This document shows, one piece after another, positions 28,900 through 39,056 of a stretch of 64,000 nucleotides of DNA. The notes under the pieces were generated by a model. The model saw nothing but the letters and a program-made list of their open reading frames with translations, did not search any database and had not been told where the DNA came from. Position 1 is the stretch's first letter; each line of letters begins with the position of its first letter. Source of the DNA: Planctomycetota bacterium (GTDB lineage Bacteria > Planctomycetota > Planctomycetia > Pirellulales > UBA1268); contig JANNSZ010000095.1 of NCBI GenBank assembly GCA_031403195.1, forward strand, positions 4,681 through 68,680. Reading direction: 5' to 3'. Both the position numbers and the translations under genes were made by a program.

Positions 28900-29428
28900 G
28901 GTGGTGTCCTCGAGTTCAGGCGGATGGGGTGCACGAGGATACCGTACAGTCGCTGGAGCCGCATTCCTTCGGGAATCCGGGCCAACCGTGGCTCGGGGCT
29001 GCCCGTGGCCCATGGCCGGGCGCTTACGCCGGGGCTCCATCCCACCGGTCGCTCCGAGGGCGACACGCATCGCCCAGCAGGGGGCGGGCCGCTTACAACG
29101 CCGGCTCCGTGGCACGGGCAACCCCGAGCCAGTTACCACGATTAATTTTGGTCGACCGCTTGCGAATCCGCGCGGGCCCCGTCTGCTCCGACCAACCACA
29201 CCGTACGGCGTACGGAATCGGTCGCCCGGAGGTGCGACCGGCCGGGCGGAGGCCCGGCTAGGTGCGAGGGGGCATGGATGCCCCTCGCACCGTAAAGCCA
29301 GATGCCCCGACGTGGGTGAGCGAGGCGGAAAGCTCACCCACGCCAGTGGGGCATCCTTCTGGATCGTCACGATCCCAGGCAGGGTCTCGCGATCGATGCC
29401 GCGAGACCCGCCCGTGATCGATGCTTTG

Positions 29429-30949
29429 TTACTCGGTTCGCGCCATCACGAAGCCGTGGTAGGCCTCGTTGCCGTGCTCGCCGATGTCGAGACCCTCAAT
29501 CTCTTCCTCTGGGCTGACACGGAGGCCAACGACCGCCTTGATGATCAGCCACACGATGGCTGACACGGGGAACACATACGCGCCCACCATGAGCACTCCC
29601 ACGAGCTGAGCGATGAGTTGCCTTGAGTCACCGCCGAAGAACAGTCCTGCGTACGGGCCGCCGGCCTTCACGAAGCCGAATGGAGTGTTCACAACGGTGG
29701 CCGACAGGTCCGTAGTCGTGAAGAGCCCAACGCACAGCGTGCCGAAGATCCCACACACCAAGTGGACGCTCGTGGCCCCCACCGGATCGTCGACCTTGAT
29801 GCGGTCGAAGAAGATGACCGAGAACACAACCAGGGAACCCGCAATGGCACCAATGATCGCGGCGCACGCCGCGTTGGTATACGCCGCACAGGCGGTGATG
29901 CCCACGAGGCCGGCCAAGCAGCCGTTGAGCGTCATGCCAATATCAGGCTTGCCCAGCAGGAGCCACGCCGTAAGCGTCGCCGTCAGTGTGGCGGCTGCCG
30001 CGGACATATTGGTGTTCACCGCCACCTGCGCTATCAAGCCTGCGTTGCCGTCGGCCGCCACGCCCATGGTGCTCCCCGGGTTGAATCCGAACCAGCCAAA
30101 CCACAGCACGAGGCAGCCGATGAACGCCGCCATCATGTTGTGGCCAGGGATGGCCTGAACCTTGCCATTCGCGGAGTACTTGCCGATACGCGGCCCGAGA
30201 ATGATGGCACCGGCCAACGCAGCCCAGCCACCGACTGAGTGGACTGCGGAGCAGCCAGCAAAGTCCCAGAAGTTCCATTCCTTCGCGAGGTAGCCGAAGC
30301 CCCATATCCAGTGGCCGGTGACGGGATAGATCACCAGTGCCATCACGAAGCTAAAGATGACGAACGCGTGGTACTTGATGCGCTCGGCCACGGCACCGGA
30401 AACGATCGTGGCTGCGGTTCCGGCAAACACGAGCTGGAAGAAGAACTTGGCCCAGAGGGGCACGTTCGTCCAACTGATCGAACTGTAGGCGCCCTGGTAC
30501 TTGTCTCCCACGCTGGGGCTGTTGTCAGCACCGCCCACCATCCATGATCCGGAGTTGCCGATGAAGGCACCGTCACCCGCTCCGAACATGAGATCCCAGC
30601 CGAAGAGCCAAAACGCGATCGTCGTCGCGGCGAACACGACAAAATTCTTGGAGAGAATGTTGACGCAGTTCTTGGACCGGGCGAACCCAGATTCGACGCA
30701 GCCGAAGCCGAGATTCATGAAAAAGACCAGCATGCCGCAGACGAGAACCCAGACGGTATCTGCCGCGACCCAGAGGTTGGGAACCATCTGTTCAACCGTC
30801 GGCGGAGGCGGCGTCGGTGCTGCCGGAACGGTCGAAGGGTTTTCGCCCTCCCCAAAAGCAAGGCCTGTTGTCAGGTCTGCTGGGCCAAGGAGGAGTGCTC
30901 CCACGACCCCCGCCACAAAACACCATCTCAGCACACGACTAACGTCCAT
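29429..30949 (-). CDS. amtB: Ammonium transporter
   Basis: FFMNLGF, FQLVFA, IVSGAVAER, DFAG..VH, WFGWFGFNPGS, DDPVGA..VH, GLDIGEHG. Confidence 0.96.
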   Translation of the reverse strand: MDVSRVLRWCFVAGVVGALLLGPADLTTGLAFGEGENPSTVPAAPTPPPPTVEQMVPNLWVAADTVWVLVCGMLVFFMNLGFGCVESGFARSKNCVNILSKNFVVFAATTIAFWLFGWDLMFGAGDGAFIGNSGSWMVGGADNSPSVGDKYQGAYSSISWTNVPLWAKFFFQLVFAGTAATIVSGAVAERIKYHAFVIFSFVMALVIYPVTGHWIWGFGYLAKEWNFWDFAGCSAVHSVGGWAALAGAIILGPRIGKYSANGKVQAIPGHNMMAAFIGCLVLWFGWFGFNPGSTMGVAADGNAGLIAQVAVNTNMSAAAATLTATLTAWLLLGKPDIGMTLNGCLAGLVGITACAAYTNAACAAIIGAIAGSLVVFSVIFFDRIKVDDPVGATSVHLVCGIFGTLCVGLFTTTDLSATVVNTPFGFVKAGGPYAGLFFGGDSRQLIAQLVGVLMVGAYVFPVSAIVWLIIKAVVGLRVSPEEEIEGLDIGEHGNEAYHGFVMARTE

Positions 30950-31055
30950 CGTTCCGCCTCTCTCTCTCGAATGAAGACAATCGAACACCTCCGCTGTGCC
31001 GAAAACCTCGCCTCAGGGCATGTCGCCTGGCCAGATTTCCGCCGATGCGAACTTG

Positions 31056-31072
31056 AGCAAGTGGCGTGCCAA
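31056..31072 (-). promoter_or_regulatory. Sigma-54 (-24/-12) promoter for amtB
   Basis: Minus strand TTGGCACGCCACTTGCT matches TGGCAC-N5-TTGC, ~105 bp upstream of the amtB start. Confidence 0.85.
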
Positions 31073-31298
31073 GGAGGGGGCCTGAGGACCTACGCCCCAC
31101 GTTCACGCGGCCTGGAATCATCAGGAAACCGTGAGGAAAACTGCTGAAAATGCCGACTCTGGCGACCGTAAAAACATTCCTGGCGTGGTCATCAACGCGC
31201 TCCCCATTTCACCAGGTTCGCCCATTCAAGGCGCAGCGGGCTGACACTGGAACAGGCAGTGAACCCTCAGGGAGGGGCTTCCTCGCGGGGCGAGCCGC

Positions 31299-31970
31299 TC
31301 AGAATGTGACCACCCGGCTATCGGCAACAAGTGGCGGCTGGGCGGATGTGGACTGGCGGACAATATCGTCGTCGAGGGCCGCGGCGAACCGAGCCGCGTG
31401 AGGCACGCCGGCGCGTTCCAGGAAATTGGCGAGGAGCCGGAAACCGTGCCGCGTCAGAATCGACTCCGGGTGGAACTGCACGCCATAGATTGCTCGCCGC
31501 TCGTCGGCGATGGCCATGATTGTGCCCGATGCATCTCGGGCTGTGACCAAAAGCGACGTGGGAAGTGAGTCAGGATCGACGACCAGGGAGTGATAGCGGC
31601 AGGCGGTCATCGGGCTCGGAATGCCCGCAAAAAGATTGACCGCGTCGTGCAGGATGTCACTCGTTCGACCGTGCGTCGGCGTCGCCCGCACGATCCGCCC
31701 CCCGAGCACTGCGGCAATCGCCTGGTGCCCGAGGCACACGCCGAGAATCGGTACGCTGCCCCGAAACGCCTGGACGGCCTCCATCGAACAGCCAGCCTCG
31801 GCCGGGGTGCATGGGCCAGGCGAGATCACGATCGCCATGGGACGCAGCCGCCGGAGAGACGCCGCGGTCGTGCCGTGAGCCGGGACAACTGCGACGGGAA
31901 CACCGAGGAGACGCAGGTGCCGCGCGAGGTTGAACACAAAGCTGTCACGGTTGTCGAGGACGACGATCAT
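31299..31970 (-). CDS. pabA: Glutamine amidotransferase, PabA/TrpG
   Basis: LDNRDSF, ISPGPC, GVCLGHQ, RYHSL, QFHPES; coupled to the pabB-like gene. Confidence 0.85.
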   Translation of the reverse strand: MIVVLDNRDSFVFNLARHLRLLGVPVAVVPAHGTTAASLRRLRPMAIVISPGPCTPAEAGCSMEAVQAFRGSVPILGVCLGHQAIAAVLGGRIVRATPTHGRTSDILHDAVNLFAGIPSPMTACRYHSLVVDPDSLPTSLLVTARDASGTIMAIADERRAIYGVQFHPESILTRHGFRLLANFLERAGVPHAARFAAALDDDIVRQSTSAQPPLVADSRVVTF

Positions 31971-33535
31971 GGAGCGTCACCATTTTCGCAGACCTGCTGC
32001 TTCACGGTCCCGCCGATCTCGAGCGCGTCGAGCACGCGGAGCATCCCTTCGGCCTTGTGAAGCGACTCGGCGTACTCGGCGGCCGGGTCACTTGCCGCCG
32101 TGATCCCGCCACCTGCAGAAAAACTCACCACGCCGCCACCAGTCACGAACGTGCGGATGAGCAAGTTGAAATCGGCCGAGCCATCGAGGCCGAGGTAGCC
32201 GAGAGAGCCGCAGTAGGGGCCGCGAGCCACGCGCTCGAGGTCGGAGATGATCCCGCAGGCGCGATGCTTCGGCGCACCGGTCACGCTGCCGCCAGGGATG
32301 GTCGCTTGAATCGCATCGAGTGCCGTGAGACCGGGACGCAGTCGGCCAGCCACGACCGAGACCAGATGTTGCACGTAGCGATACCGCTCGAGACGACAGA
32401 GCGCCTCGACACGAACCGATTCCGGCGTGCAAACCTTCGCGAGGTCGCTTCGCACGAGATCGACGATCATCACGTTCTCGGCACGGTCCTTGTGGCTTGC
32501 CTCGAGGTCTGCGCCGGCAAAGAGATCGGCCTCGGGATTGGAAATCACCCGCCGCGTGCCCTTGATGGGGTGCATGCGGACGGTGCCGCGGGCCACCTGC
32601 AGGAACCGCTCGGGCGACATGCTCACGAGATGACCCGAGCCAGCATCGAAGCAGGCCGCAAACGGGGCGGGGTTGATTTGCCGTGCGGCACAGTGGAGCG
32701 CGACAGGATCGACGTCGGAGATCACGGCGAGCCGCTGGGCGAGGTTGACCTGAAAAATGTCGCCGGCCGCCACGAAGTCGATACCTGCCTGCACCATCGA
32801 GAGGTAGTGGTCACGGCCGTGACTCGTGTGAATCTCAGGACGGACCGGCAGGGGAGTGCCAGCGAGCTGCGCGGCTGAATGCTCGGAAGTCGCAGCACTC
32901 GCTTGGCGTCCAGCCACAAACGCTTCGAGGCGGGCGGTGGCGTGGCGGCGGCGGGCGACGGGGCCATGGGCCGGGACTCCCTGGGAGATGAACCAGCCCT
33001 GGCCGAGGTCGTGGTCGAAGGCGAAGACGACGTCATAGAGATGGAGGGACACCAGCGGGAGCACCGGGGCTGCTGCCGGTGGCGGTGTGAGTCCGAGCCG
33101 CACGAGTCCGCAGTCGTACGACAGCAGTCCGGCGAGGCCGCCTTGAAACGGGGGCAGGCCCGGGATCGTCGGGCAGGTGAGGTCTGCCAGGATCGTCCGG
33201 GCGCGTGCCAAGGCGTCGTGAACGTCGGCTGCCGTTCCGTCGGGTTCCACGGTGAGCGAATGGATCGGGTCGGCGGCCACAAAGGACCAGCGACCGAGCC
33301 TCGGGATCGCAGCCGATCCGCTGGCCGGCGGCTCGTCTACGAGCGCGGAATCGAGAAACAGGACATGGGGCAGGGTGGCGGCGTGCGCGAAGACCGTGAG
33401 AGGATCGAGCCCGGGCGCCGCCTCAGCGACGATCGCGCCTGAGGCAGTGACGCTTGCGCGACCGAACCAGGCATGCCTCGGGAGGATCAGGGGGGACCGA
33501 TCGGCCTGGGGTAAGGAAGTGGCGTCAGGCATCAC
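31967..33535 (-). CDS. pabB: Aminodeoxychorismate synthase component I (PabB/TrpE family)
   Basis: GDIFQVNL, SPERFL, PIKGT (PabB-type), AENVMIVDLVR, PGGSVTGAPK. Confidence 0.85.
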   Translation of the reverse strand: MMPDATSLPQADRSPLILPRHAWFGRASVTASGAIVAEAAPGLDPLTVFAHAATLPHVLFLDSALVDEPPASGSAAIPRLGRWSFVAADPIHSLTVEPDGTAADVHDALARARTILADLTCPTIPGLPPFQGGLAGLLSYDCGLVRLGLTPPPAAAPVLPLVSLHLYDVVFAFDHDLGQGWFISQGVPAHGPVARRRHATARLEAFVAGRQASAATSEHSAAQLAGTPLPVRPEIHTSHGRDHYLSMVQAGIDFVAAGDIFQVNLAQRLAVISDVDPVALHCAARQINPAPFAACFDAGSGHLVSMSPERFLQVARGTVRMHPIKGTRRVISNPEADLFAGADLEASHKDRAENVMIVDLVRSDLAKVCTPESVRVEALCRLERYRYVQHLVSVVAGRLRPGLTALDAIQATIPGGSVTGAPKHRACGIISDLERVARGPYCGSLGYLGLDGSADFNLLIRTFVTGGGVVSFSAGGGITAASDPAAEYAESLHKAEGMLRVLDALEIGGTVKQQVCENGDAP

Positions 33536-33544
33536 GATCGAGCC

Positions 33545-34978
33545 TCAGGACGACGGCGTCGGTTCGGAGGTGCCGTCGGCGGCGACGCGAGCCGCGGCTC
33601 GGGACGGCCCGTGGGCGATTTCGGGGCGTGTTAAATGCCCCCAGTCGAGGGCCTGATCCTGGCGGTAGTCCTTGCCGAGCGTCAGCGCCGTCACCGCCTT
33701 GGCCACCTCGTAGCCGAGATAATACGCGTGGGAGGAATCGATGTCGGTGCGGCCGGCGGCCTGCAGGTCGTCAAATAGGGCGAAGGGGTCACGGGAGTGG
33801 ATGTGGAGGCCGGCGCCTACAAGATGGATCTCGCCCCGCTCAGCAAACACTCGCAGGTTGGGATCGCGGATCGCGGCGGCGAGCCGGTCGAGCACATCAG
33901 GGCCGTGGGTTTGCGGCTTGCCTGCGCGAAGGGTGACGAGTCGCGGCTCGACATGTTTGGGAAGCGTGCGGTGGGTGACGGCGTGCCAGGCGAGGCGACG
34001 GGCGAGGTCGCACTCCTTCACGCTCGACGCAGCCCAGTGAATGACCTGCGTCGTGAGGACCGACCGGATGCCGACCTCTTCGCAAAAGCCGATCAAGAGC
34101 GTGTTGATGCCCGCCGAATCGACGTCGGTGAGCTCCGTGAGATTGCCGATGCCCAGCATGATTTCGGCATTGGGAAACCTCCGGCGGACGTCGAGGTAGC
34201 GACCCAGGCTCGCGGCAAACCCAAAACCGATTGGTTCGAGCACGGGGTCAAGACGGTAGCGAACCCCGGCCTGTTCAAGCTTCACGATCGTCGCATCAAA
34301 ACCTTCCATCGTGGCCGGCACGTCAGGCACGACGACGACCTCGCATCCCCAATCGCTTGCGGCGCCAACGTTCGACGAGTTGACCGACAGGACGAGCGTT
34401 GCCCCTGCCTTCACCGCGGCCTCAACCTCGCGGGGCTCAAAACTATCAATGGAGACGGGAAACCCCTCCGCCACGAGCATCCGCACCGCGTCGCCTAGGC
34501 CGCTCCAGCAGTCTCCGGGGTCGCAGCCGACGTCGATCCGATCAGCGCCATCGGCCGTGAGGCGTTGGGCTTCAGCACGCAGGTCAGCGAGAGATAGCCG
34601 CGGCGCGTGATTGATCTCGGCGATGATCTCGATATCGTGCTGCCCGTAGTCGGCGAGGTCACGCGACTTCTGTCCGAAAAACTCGTCGAGCTGGCGGAGG
34701 TCGGGGGGGCCGCGCTCGACGGGCACGCGAGTGACATCCCCAAAAGCCTCGAGCGGACCGCGGCAGCCGCCGGGAATCATCACGCGATCGGTGCCTGGCG
34801 GCACCTCGAGCCTGTGGGCGATCCAGGGCGTCGGCATCAGGGCTGCCACCGTGATCGGCATCACCTGCACGGTCGGTTCAAACCCCACCCTGGGCGCGAG
34901 CCGGTCGAGGACCTGCCGGAGCGAGTGTTCGGCGAGTCGGCCGGTCACGAAGTGGATACGGGCAGGCTCGGCTGACAT
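33545..34978 (-). CDS. Dihydropteroate synthase-like protein (Orf20-type, methanopterin biosynthesis)
   Basis: FVTGRLAE, VAALM, IIAEI, GADRIDVG, VSIDS, LDPVLEPIGFG, GNLTELTDVDS, HAYYLGYE...YRQD. Confidence 0.85.
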   Translation of the reverse strand: MSAEPARIHFVTGRLAEHSLRQVLDRLAPRVGFEPTVQVMPITVAALMPTPWIAHRLEVPPGTDRVMIPGGCRGPLEAFGDVTRVPVERGPPDLRQLDEFFGQKSRDLADYGQHDIEIIAEINHAPRLSLADLRAEAQRLTADGADRIDVGCDPGDCWSGLGDAVRMLVAEGFPVSIDSFEPREVEAAVKAGATLVLSVNSSNVGAASDWGCEVVVVPDVPATMEGFDATIVKLEQAGVRYRLDPVLEPIGFGFAASLGRYLDVRRRFPNAEIMLGIGNLTELTDVDSAGINTLLIGFCEEVGIRSVLTTQVIHWAASSVKECDLARRLAWHAVTHRTLPKHVEPRLVTLRAGKPQTHGPDVLDRLAAAIRDPNLRVFAERGEIHLVGAGLHIHSRDPFALFDDLQAAGRTDIDSSHAYYLGYEVAKAVTALTLGKDYRQDQALDWGHLTRPEIAHGPSRAAARVAADGTSEPTPSS

Positions 34979-35027
34979 GAAGGGACGGCTCGCGGAGGAA
35001 GAATCTTCACTTTATCATGATGCCCGC

Positions 35028-35606
35028 ATGATCCTCGAAGGGCTCGTTACCACCGTGAACACCGCGGGCCAGCCGCATGTCGCGGCGATGGGGCCCGGCG
35101 TGCAGGAGGATGAAGGCGTCACGGGGCACCTCCGCAGCCTCGTGCTTCGTCCGTTCCCGACGAGCCAGACGGCCGTCCACCTCCTCCGGACACGGGCCGG
35201 CGTCTTCCATGTCTGTGATGATGTGCTCCTCCTGGCCAGCGTGGTGGCGGGCGAAGCGGGTGAGCCTGAGGTGCGGCCTGCTGAAAGGGTGGTTGGGTTT
35301 GTCTTGGCGGCGGCGTGCCGCGCGTTCGAGTTTACAGTGACGACCGTAGACGACTCCGGTGAACGTCTGCGGCTCGAGGCGAGCGTGGTGGCCGAACATG
35401 AGCAGCGGCCGTTCACAGGGTTTAACCGTGGCGCGCATGCGGTCGTGGAGGCTGCGATCCTCGTCACGCGGCTGCACCTTCTCGATGCCGAGGAGGTGCG
35501 ACGACGATTCGCTGACCTCGCCGTGCTCGTCGAGAAGACAGGCGGGCGTCGTGAGCACCAGGCGTTTGAATTGCTCTCGAATCGAGCGAGGTTTCGCCAA
35601 CCGTAG
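35028..35606 (+). CDS. DUF447-family protein (Orf22-like, methanopterin-associated)
   Basis: MILEGLVTT..PHVAAMG, LRPF..SQT, GFNRGAHAVVEAAILVTR. Confidence 0.85.
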   Translation: MILEGLVTTVNTAGQPHVAAMGPGVQEDEGVTGHLRSLVLRPFPTSQTAVHLLRTRAGVFHVCDDVLLLASVVAGEAGEPEVRPAERVVGFVLAAACRAFEFTVTTVDDSGERLRLEASVVAEHEQRPFTGFNRGAHAVVEAAILVTRLHLLDAEEVRRRFADLAVLVEKTGGRREHQAFELLSNRARFRQP

Positions 35607-35657
35607 CGAGGGTAACCCCGAGCAGATTTCACACTGGGGTTTGTGATGGCACTCACA

Positions 35658-35752
35658 CGGCCGGCAGGAGGCCAGCCGGCTCGGCGTGGGCAACCTTGGC
35701 TTGCCCGCGCCGAGCGCGATTCTGCCGGGGGCATGGCTGCCCAGGCAGAATC
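35658..35752 (+). repeat. Three-hairpin repeat variant
   Basis: ccggcaggaggccagccgg / gctcggcgtgggcaa-ccttggc-ttgcccgcgccgagc / gattctgcc..gcatggctgc..ggcagaatc. Confidence 0.6.
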
Positions 35753-35970
35753 AGCATTGATTCGCGCCGCGGATCAATAGCGACTTCAGCTTGCCCGTGT
35801 CATGTCGCCGGACGTTCGCTTCGGCCCTTCAGGCCCTCGCTCACTCGACGGAAACGGCGCTTCGCCATCCTTGGCTCCGCTTGTTTCCCACGCCGGCTCC
35901 ATGACACGGGCAACCCCTCGCGGAATGCGTTTTGGTTTGCATGGAGCGGTCTCGGTAAACTTTCTCGACC

Positions 35971-37065
35971 ATGCCTACTGATTCTCCCTCTGCGCCGCCC
36001 GCTGCCGTCGAGATCCGCACGCCGGCACGGATTCATCTCGGCATGCTGTCGTTTGGGGACAGCAGCACGCGGTCTTTTGGCGGCGTGGGTGTGATGCTCG
36101 ATCGGCCGGGCGTCGTGCTTCGGCTGCGGCGAGCCAACCGGATCGAGGCCCGCGGCCCGCTCGCCGAACGGGTGGTGCAGTTTGCCCGCACGGCCATCCA
36201 GGCGTGGGGATTGGGCGATGTCGGATGCAGCCTGGAAGTCATGAGTGTGCCGCCGAGTCATGCAGGGCTGGGGAGCGGCACGCAGCTTGGCCTCGCGGTC
36301 GCCGCGGGGCTGCGGCATTTGTTTCGACGGCCCAGGGAGCCGAGAGCGATCGAGGCGGTGCCGCACCCAGCGGAGGGGCCGCTCGATGCCCTCGAGCAGG
36401 AGTGGGTGTTTGATATTCGGGAGGTGATCGATCTGGCCCGGGTGACGGGGCGTGGTCGCCGATCATGTGTGGGCGTCTACGGATTCAGTCGCGGCGGCCT
36501 CATCGTCGAGGCGGGACGGTATCTGCGGGATGACGCGGTGCCGGAGGATGACACGACTCGCGAATTTTCGCCGATGATCGCTCGGGCGCGGCTGCCCGAT
36601 GCGTGGCGGTGTGTCGTGATTGCGGCCCGCGGGTCGCTCGGGCTCCACGGTGACGCAGAGCGAGCAGCGTTCGCACGGCTGCCACCGGTCCCGGCAGATG
36701 TGACGGCCGGGCTGGCGAAGATTGCGCTTCTGGATCTCGTGCCAGCGGCGGTCGAGGGAAAGTTTGCGGAGTTTGCCCGCGCGGTCCGCGCCTATGGCGA
36801 CCTCGCGGGGAAGCCATTCGAGGCCGAATCGGCGAGCCTTCCGCATGCGGCTGCCACCGCGCAACTCCTCGAACTCCTCGGCGAGCTTGGCGCTACCGGC
36901 TGTGCCCAGAGCAGTTGGGGGCCGACCGTGATCGCCTGCTGCCCATCGCTGGAGACCGCGGGAAACTTGGCTGGAGCGCTTGATCGACTGGGACTTACAA
37001 AGCTGCACGAGGTTTCCATTGCACGATTCGATACGCAGGGAGCGGTCCTGCGGGAAATCGAATGA
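35971..37065 (+). CDS. mptG: Beta-ribofuranosylaminobenzene 5'-phosphate (RFAP) synthase, GHMP fold
   Basis: TPARIHLG, FGGVG, PSHAGLGSGTQL, GRGRRS..G...F..GG, QSSWGPT. Confidence 0.88.
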   Translation: MPTDSPSAPPAAVEIRTPARIHLGMLSFGDSSTRSFGGVGVMLDRPGVVLRLRRANRIEARGPLAERVVQFARTAIQAWGLGDVGCSLEVMSVPPSHAGLGSGTQLGLAVAAGLRHLFRRPREPRAIEAVPHPAEGPLDALEQEWVFDIREVIDLARVTGRGRRSCVGVYGFSRGGLIVEAGRYLRDDAVPEDDTTREFSPMIARARLPDAWRCVVIAARGSLGLHGDAERAAFARLPPVPADVTAGLAKIALLDLVPAAVEGKFAEFARAVRAYGDLAGKPFEAESASLPHAAATAQLLELLGELGATGCAQSSWGPTVIACCPSLETAGNLAGALDRLGLTKLHEVSIARFDTQGAVLREIE

Positions 37066-37078
37066 CGTGGCCCCCGCA

Positions 37079-37972
37079 TCAGGCCGGCAGCAGACCGTAG
37101 TCCACCAGCGCACGGCGAAGTTGTGCCGCGAGATCAGCCTCGAGCGATACCAGCGGTAGCCGAACATCACCGGTGTCGCGGCCCAGCATGGCAAGCGCCG
37201 CCTTGATTGGGATCGGGTTGCTCGCGAGGCCGAGCAGGTTGCGGCAGAGGGTGAACAGTTTCAGGTGCCAGCAGCGAGCTCCGGCGAGGTCGCCCGCATC
37301 AAAGGCGGCGCACAGGGCCTTCATGTCGGACGGCACGAGGTTGCCCACCACCGAAATGACGCCACGGCCGCCGATCGCCATGAGCGGCAGTGTCATGCTG
37401 TCGTCGCCCGAGAGAAACGTGAGGTCGGTTGCCGCGAGCACCTGCGACGCCTGGTCGAGCGATCCGGTCGCCTCCTTGACCATCGCGATCCCCGGCAGCT
37501 CCGCGAGGCGGATGATCGTTTCGGGTTCGATGTTGCGGCCGGTACGGGCCGGGATGTTGTAGACGCAAATGGGGACATCCACACATTCGGCGAGCGCCTT
37601 GAAGTGTTCTTCGATGCCCCGCTGCGTCGGGCGGTTGTAGTAGGGACCGACGACGAGTGCCGCATCCGCACCAGCTCGCGCGGCAAACTTTGTGAGTCGC
37701 ACGGCCTCGGCCGTCGAATTGCTGCCGGTGCCCGGCATCACGAGGATTCGCCCCGCAGCGATCTGGATGCTTTCGGCAATCACCCGCTCATGCTCGTCGT
37801 GGGAGAGCGTGGGGGACTCGCCGGTGGTGCCCACGGGACAGATACATGTCGTGCCCGCAGCGATTTGAAACTCGATCTGCTCACGCAGCCGGGGAACATC
37901 GACTGCCCCGTCGCGAAACGGCGTCACAATGGCAACAGACAGACCGGCGAAACGTTCGGCACGGGTGGGCAT
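37079..37972 (-). CDS. dapA: 4-hydroxy-tetrahydrodipicolinate synthase
   Basis: AIVTPF, GTTGES, GTGSNST, PYYN, YNIPART, VKEA, LSGDD, NPIPIK. Confidence 0.96.
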   Translation of the reverse strand: MPTRAERFAGLSVAIVTPFRDGAVDVPRLREQIEFQIAAGTTCICPVGTTGESPTLSHDEHERVIAESIQIAAGRILVMPGTGSNSTAEAVRLTKFAARAGADAALVVGPYYNRPTQRGIEEHFKALAECVDVPICVYNIPARTGRNIEPETIIRLAELPGIAMVKEATGSLDQASQVLAATDLTFLSGDDSMTLPLMAIGGRGVISVVGNLVPSDMKALCAAFDAGDLAGARCWHLKLFTLCRNLLGLASNPIPIKAALAMLGRDTGDVRLPLVSLEADLAAQLRRALVDYGLLPA

Positions 37973-38138
37973 CGAGGCAGCGGCTCCTGATCTCGGCGTT
38001 CATGAGGCGGGGTTGCCGGACTCGTCGAGGTCGCGGGAGGATATGATTTTCGCGGCATGGCGGCAAACCCTGTGGAGTGTTCGCGGGTTTCGGATCGTCC
38101 CGCCGCGCGGCAAGTGCACAACTCGGGAAGCTGGTGCG

Positions 38139-39056
38139 ATGGTGCGTCACGATGCGAATGCCGAGCGGCTCGGGCCGGTTCTTGGTCGGCCGTGGCTGCG
38201 GCCTGGGCGTCCCCGCCGTGGGGCGATTGAGGCGGCAGGGAACGTCGAGGCAGCTGGCGGCCGGCGGGCAGCCGTGGGCATGATTCTGGGCACCGGGATG
38301 GGAGGCCTTGTCGATCGGCTCGATGGGGCGTGGACGATGCCGGGCGTCGCGACAGGCTGGCTGGCTCGATCGACAGCCACAGGACACGCGGGGAGAATCG
38401 CCTGCGGCAGTGTGGCGGGCACGCCGGTCGTGATGCTCCAGGGCCGCGTCCATGGCTACGAAGGATTTCAGCCGGAGATGCTCACACGCGGTGTGGAGAT
38501 GCTGGCGGCACTCGGTGCGCGGCGGCTCCTGGTCACGAATGCATCGGGGGGCCTGCGGCCGGATATGCAAAGTGGTGAACTCGTGATCCTCACTGACCAC
38601 ATTGATCTCGTGCGTCGATCGTGGAGCGATGCACTCGAGGCCGATCCCACCACACAGCCGCCGGGCGCCTCACAGGCAACCTTGTACGCCCCCGATCTCG
38701 CAGAACGAGCCTGGGTCGCCGCGCGACGAGCCGGCGCTGTGGCCCGTCGCGGCGTGTATGCCTTCCTCTCCGGCCCCAGCTACGAGACGCGGGCCGAGTA
38801 CCGGATGCTCCGGCGAATCGAGGCGGATGTCGTCGGGATGTCAACGGTGCCGGAGGTCGTGGCGGCGGTCCGCATGGGAATGGAGGTGGTGGCCTGTTCC
38901 GTGGTCACCAACGTGGCCCGTCCCGATGCTCCTGAGCATATCGACGCAGAAGATGTCTGCCGGCTGGCGAGTGCTGCGGCTGATGGCGTGTGGCAGATCC
39001 TCCTGGACCTCACGCGCGACGCGGGACCGCCCGCACTGCCCTTCGCGATCGCATGA
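38139..39056 (+). CDS. Purine nucleoside phosphorylase (trimeric type)
   Basis: ILGTGMG, GHAG, QGRVHGYEG, TNASGG, GPSYET, GMSTVPE; start uncertain. Confidence 0.9.
   Translation: MVRHDANAERLGPVLGRPWLRPGRPRRGAIEAAGNVEAAGGRRAAVGMILGTGMGGLVDRLDGAWTMPGVATGWLARSTATGHAGRIACGSVAGTPVVMLQGRVHGYEGFQPEMLTRGVEMLAALGARRLLVTNASGGLRPDMQSGELVILTDHIDLVRRSWSDALEADPTTQPPGASQATLYAPDLAERAWVAARRAGAVARRGVYAFLSGPSYETRAEYRMLRRIEADVVGMSTVPEVVAAVRMGMEVVACSVVTNVARPDAPEHIDAEDVCRLASAAADGVWQILLDLTRDAGPPALPFAIA

Noticed and set aside
28900-29370. 157-aa N-terminal extension of the VOC ORF
   Set aside because: Runs through hairpin-rich sequence; ATG 28899 has a Shine-Dalgarno and begins a signal peptide.
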